Shown: piece after piece, positions 63,862-64,000 of the stretch
Numbering within the stretch: the stretch's first letter is position 1
Layout: each line of letters opens with the position of its first letter
Assembly (NCBI RefSeq): GCF_018350175.1
Contig: NC_058373.1
Span: forward strand, 109,618,001 to 109,682,000
DNA: 64,000 nucleotides
Direction of reading: 5' to 3'
Origin: Felis catus
Lineage: Eukaryota
Made by a program: the position numbers and the translations under genes
Notes under the pieces: model-generated
Told to the model about the DNA's origin: nothing
Seen by the model: the letters and a program-made list of their open reading frames with translations, nothing else
The model's database searches: none

Positions 63862-64000
63862 GGGGTGCCTGGGTGACTCAGTCGGTTAAGTGTACGACTT
63901 CGGCTCAGGTCATGATCTTGCAGTTATGGAGTTTGAGCTCGGCGTCAGGCTCTGTGCTGACAGTTCAGAGCCTGGAGCCTGCTTCGGATTCTCTGTCTCC
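63862..64000 (+). mobile_element. CanSINE, truncated by the window end
   Basis: ggggtgcctgggtgactcagtcggttaag head. Confidence 0.94.

Noticed and set aside
1..64000. The ~170 other short ORFs in the six-frame track
   Set aside because: 60-157 aa, low complexity or translations of SINE/LINE/microsatellite sequence (e.g. MAQSV..., LSLSLS, PSFLPSF); no recognisable domains; expected by chance
1..64000. CRISPR array, prokaryotic operon, viral or foreign insert
   Set aside because: No regularly spaced repeat-spacer array, no long ORFs, no compositional break; recurring repeats are dispersed CanSINEs
8676..64000. tRNA-like A/B boxes (gtggctcagtcggtt...gttcgagcc)
   Set aside because: They are heads of tRNA-derived CanSINEs, not tRNA genes

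Overview
Mammalian genomic DNA from a cat-family (Felidae) genome, judged from the abundant feliform-type CanSINEs. The whole window lies inside one minus-strand gene, PPP2R5E (PP2A regulatory subunit B56-epsilon). Six coding exons (exons 3-8 in human numbering; 197, 102, 93, 131, 60 and 109 nt; residues ~53-283) can be placed to the base with canonical AG/GT borders and a continuous reading frame. The start and the 3' exons lie outside the window. About 99% of the window is intron, filled with ~30 CanSINEs, MIR, L2, CR1/L3, L1/HAL1 remnants, hAT DNA-transposon fossils (MER45A, Charlie1a, MER20, MER53, MER103C) and microsatellites. There is no prokaryotic, CRISPR-like or otherwise foreign system, and no convincing new protein-coding gene. 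The most interesting signals are splicing- and promoter-level candidates: (i) an E-box/TATA-like module with a perfect splice donor 1.3 kb upstream of exon 3 that could give a Met77-initiated short isoform, with the donor masked by a 10-bp U1-mimicking hairpin; (ii) a polypyrimidine-TAG|GTGAGT recursive-splice-like site in intron 3; (iii) candidate micro/poison exons. These are motif-based inferences and need RNA data. Repeat names are from recalled consensus sequences; repeat boundaries without a TSD are approximate.
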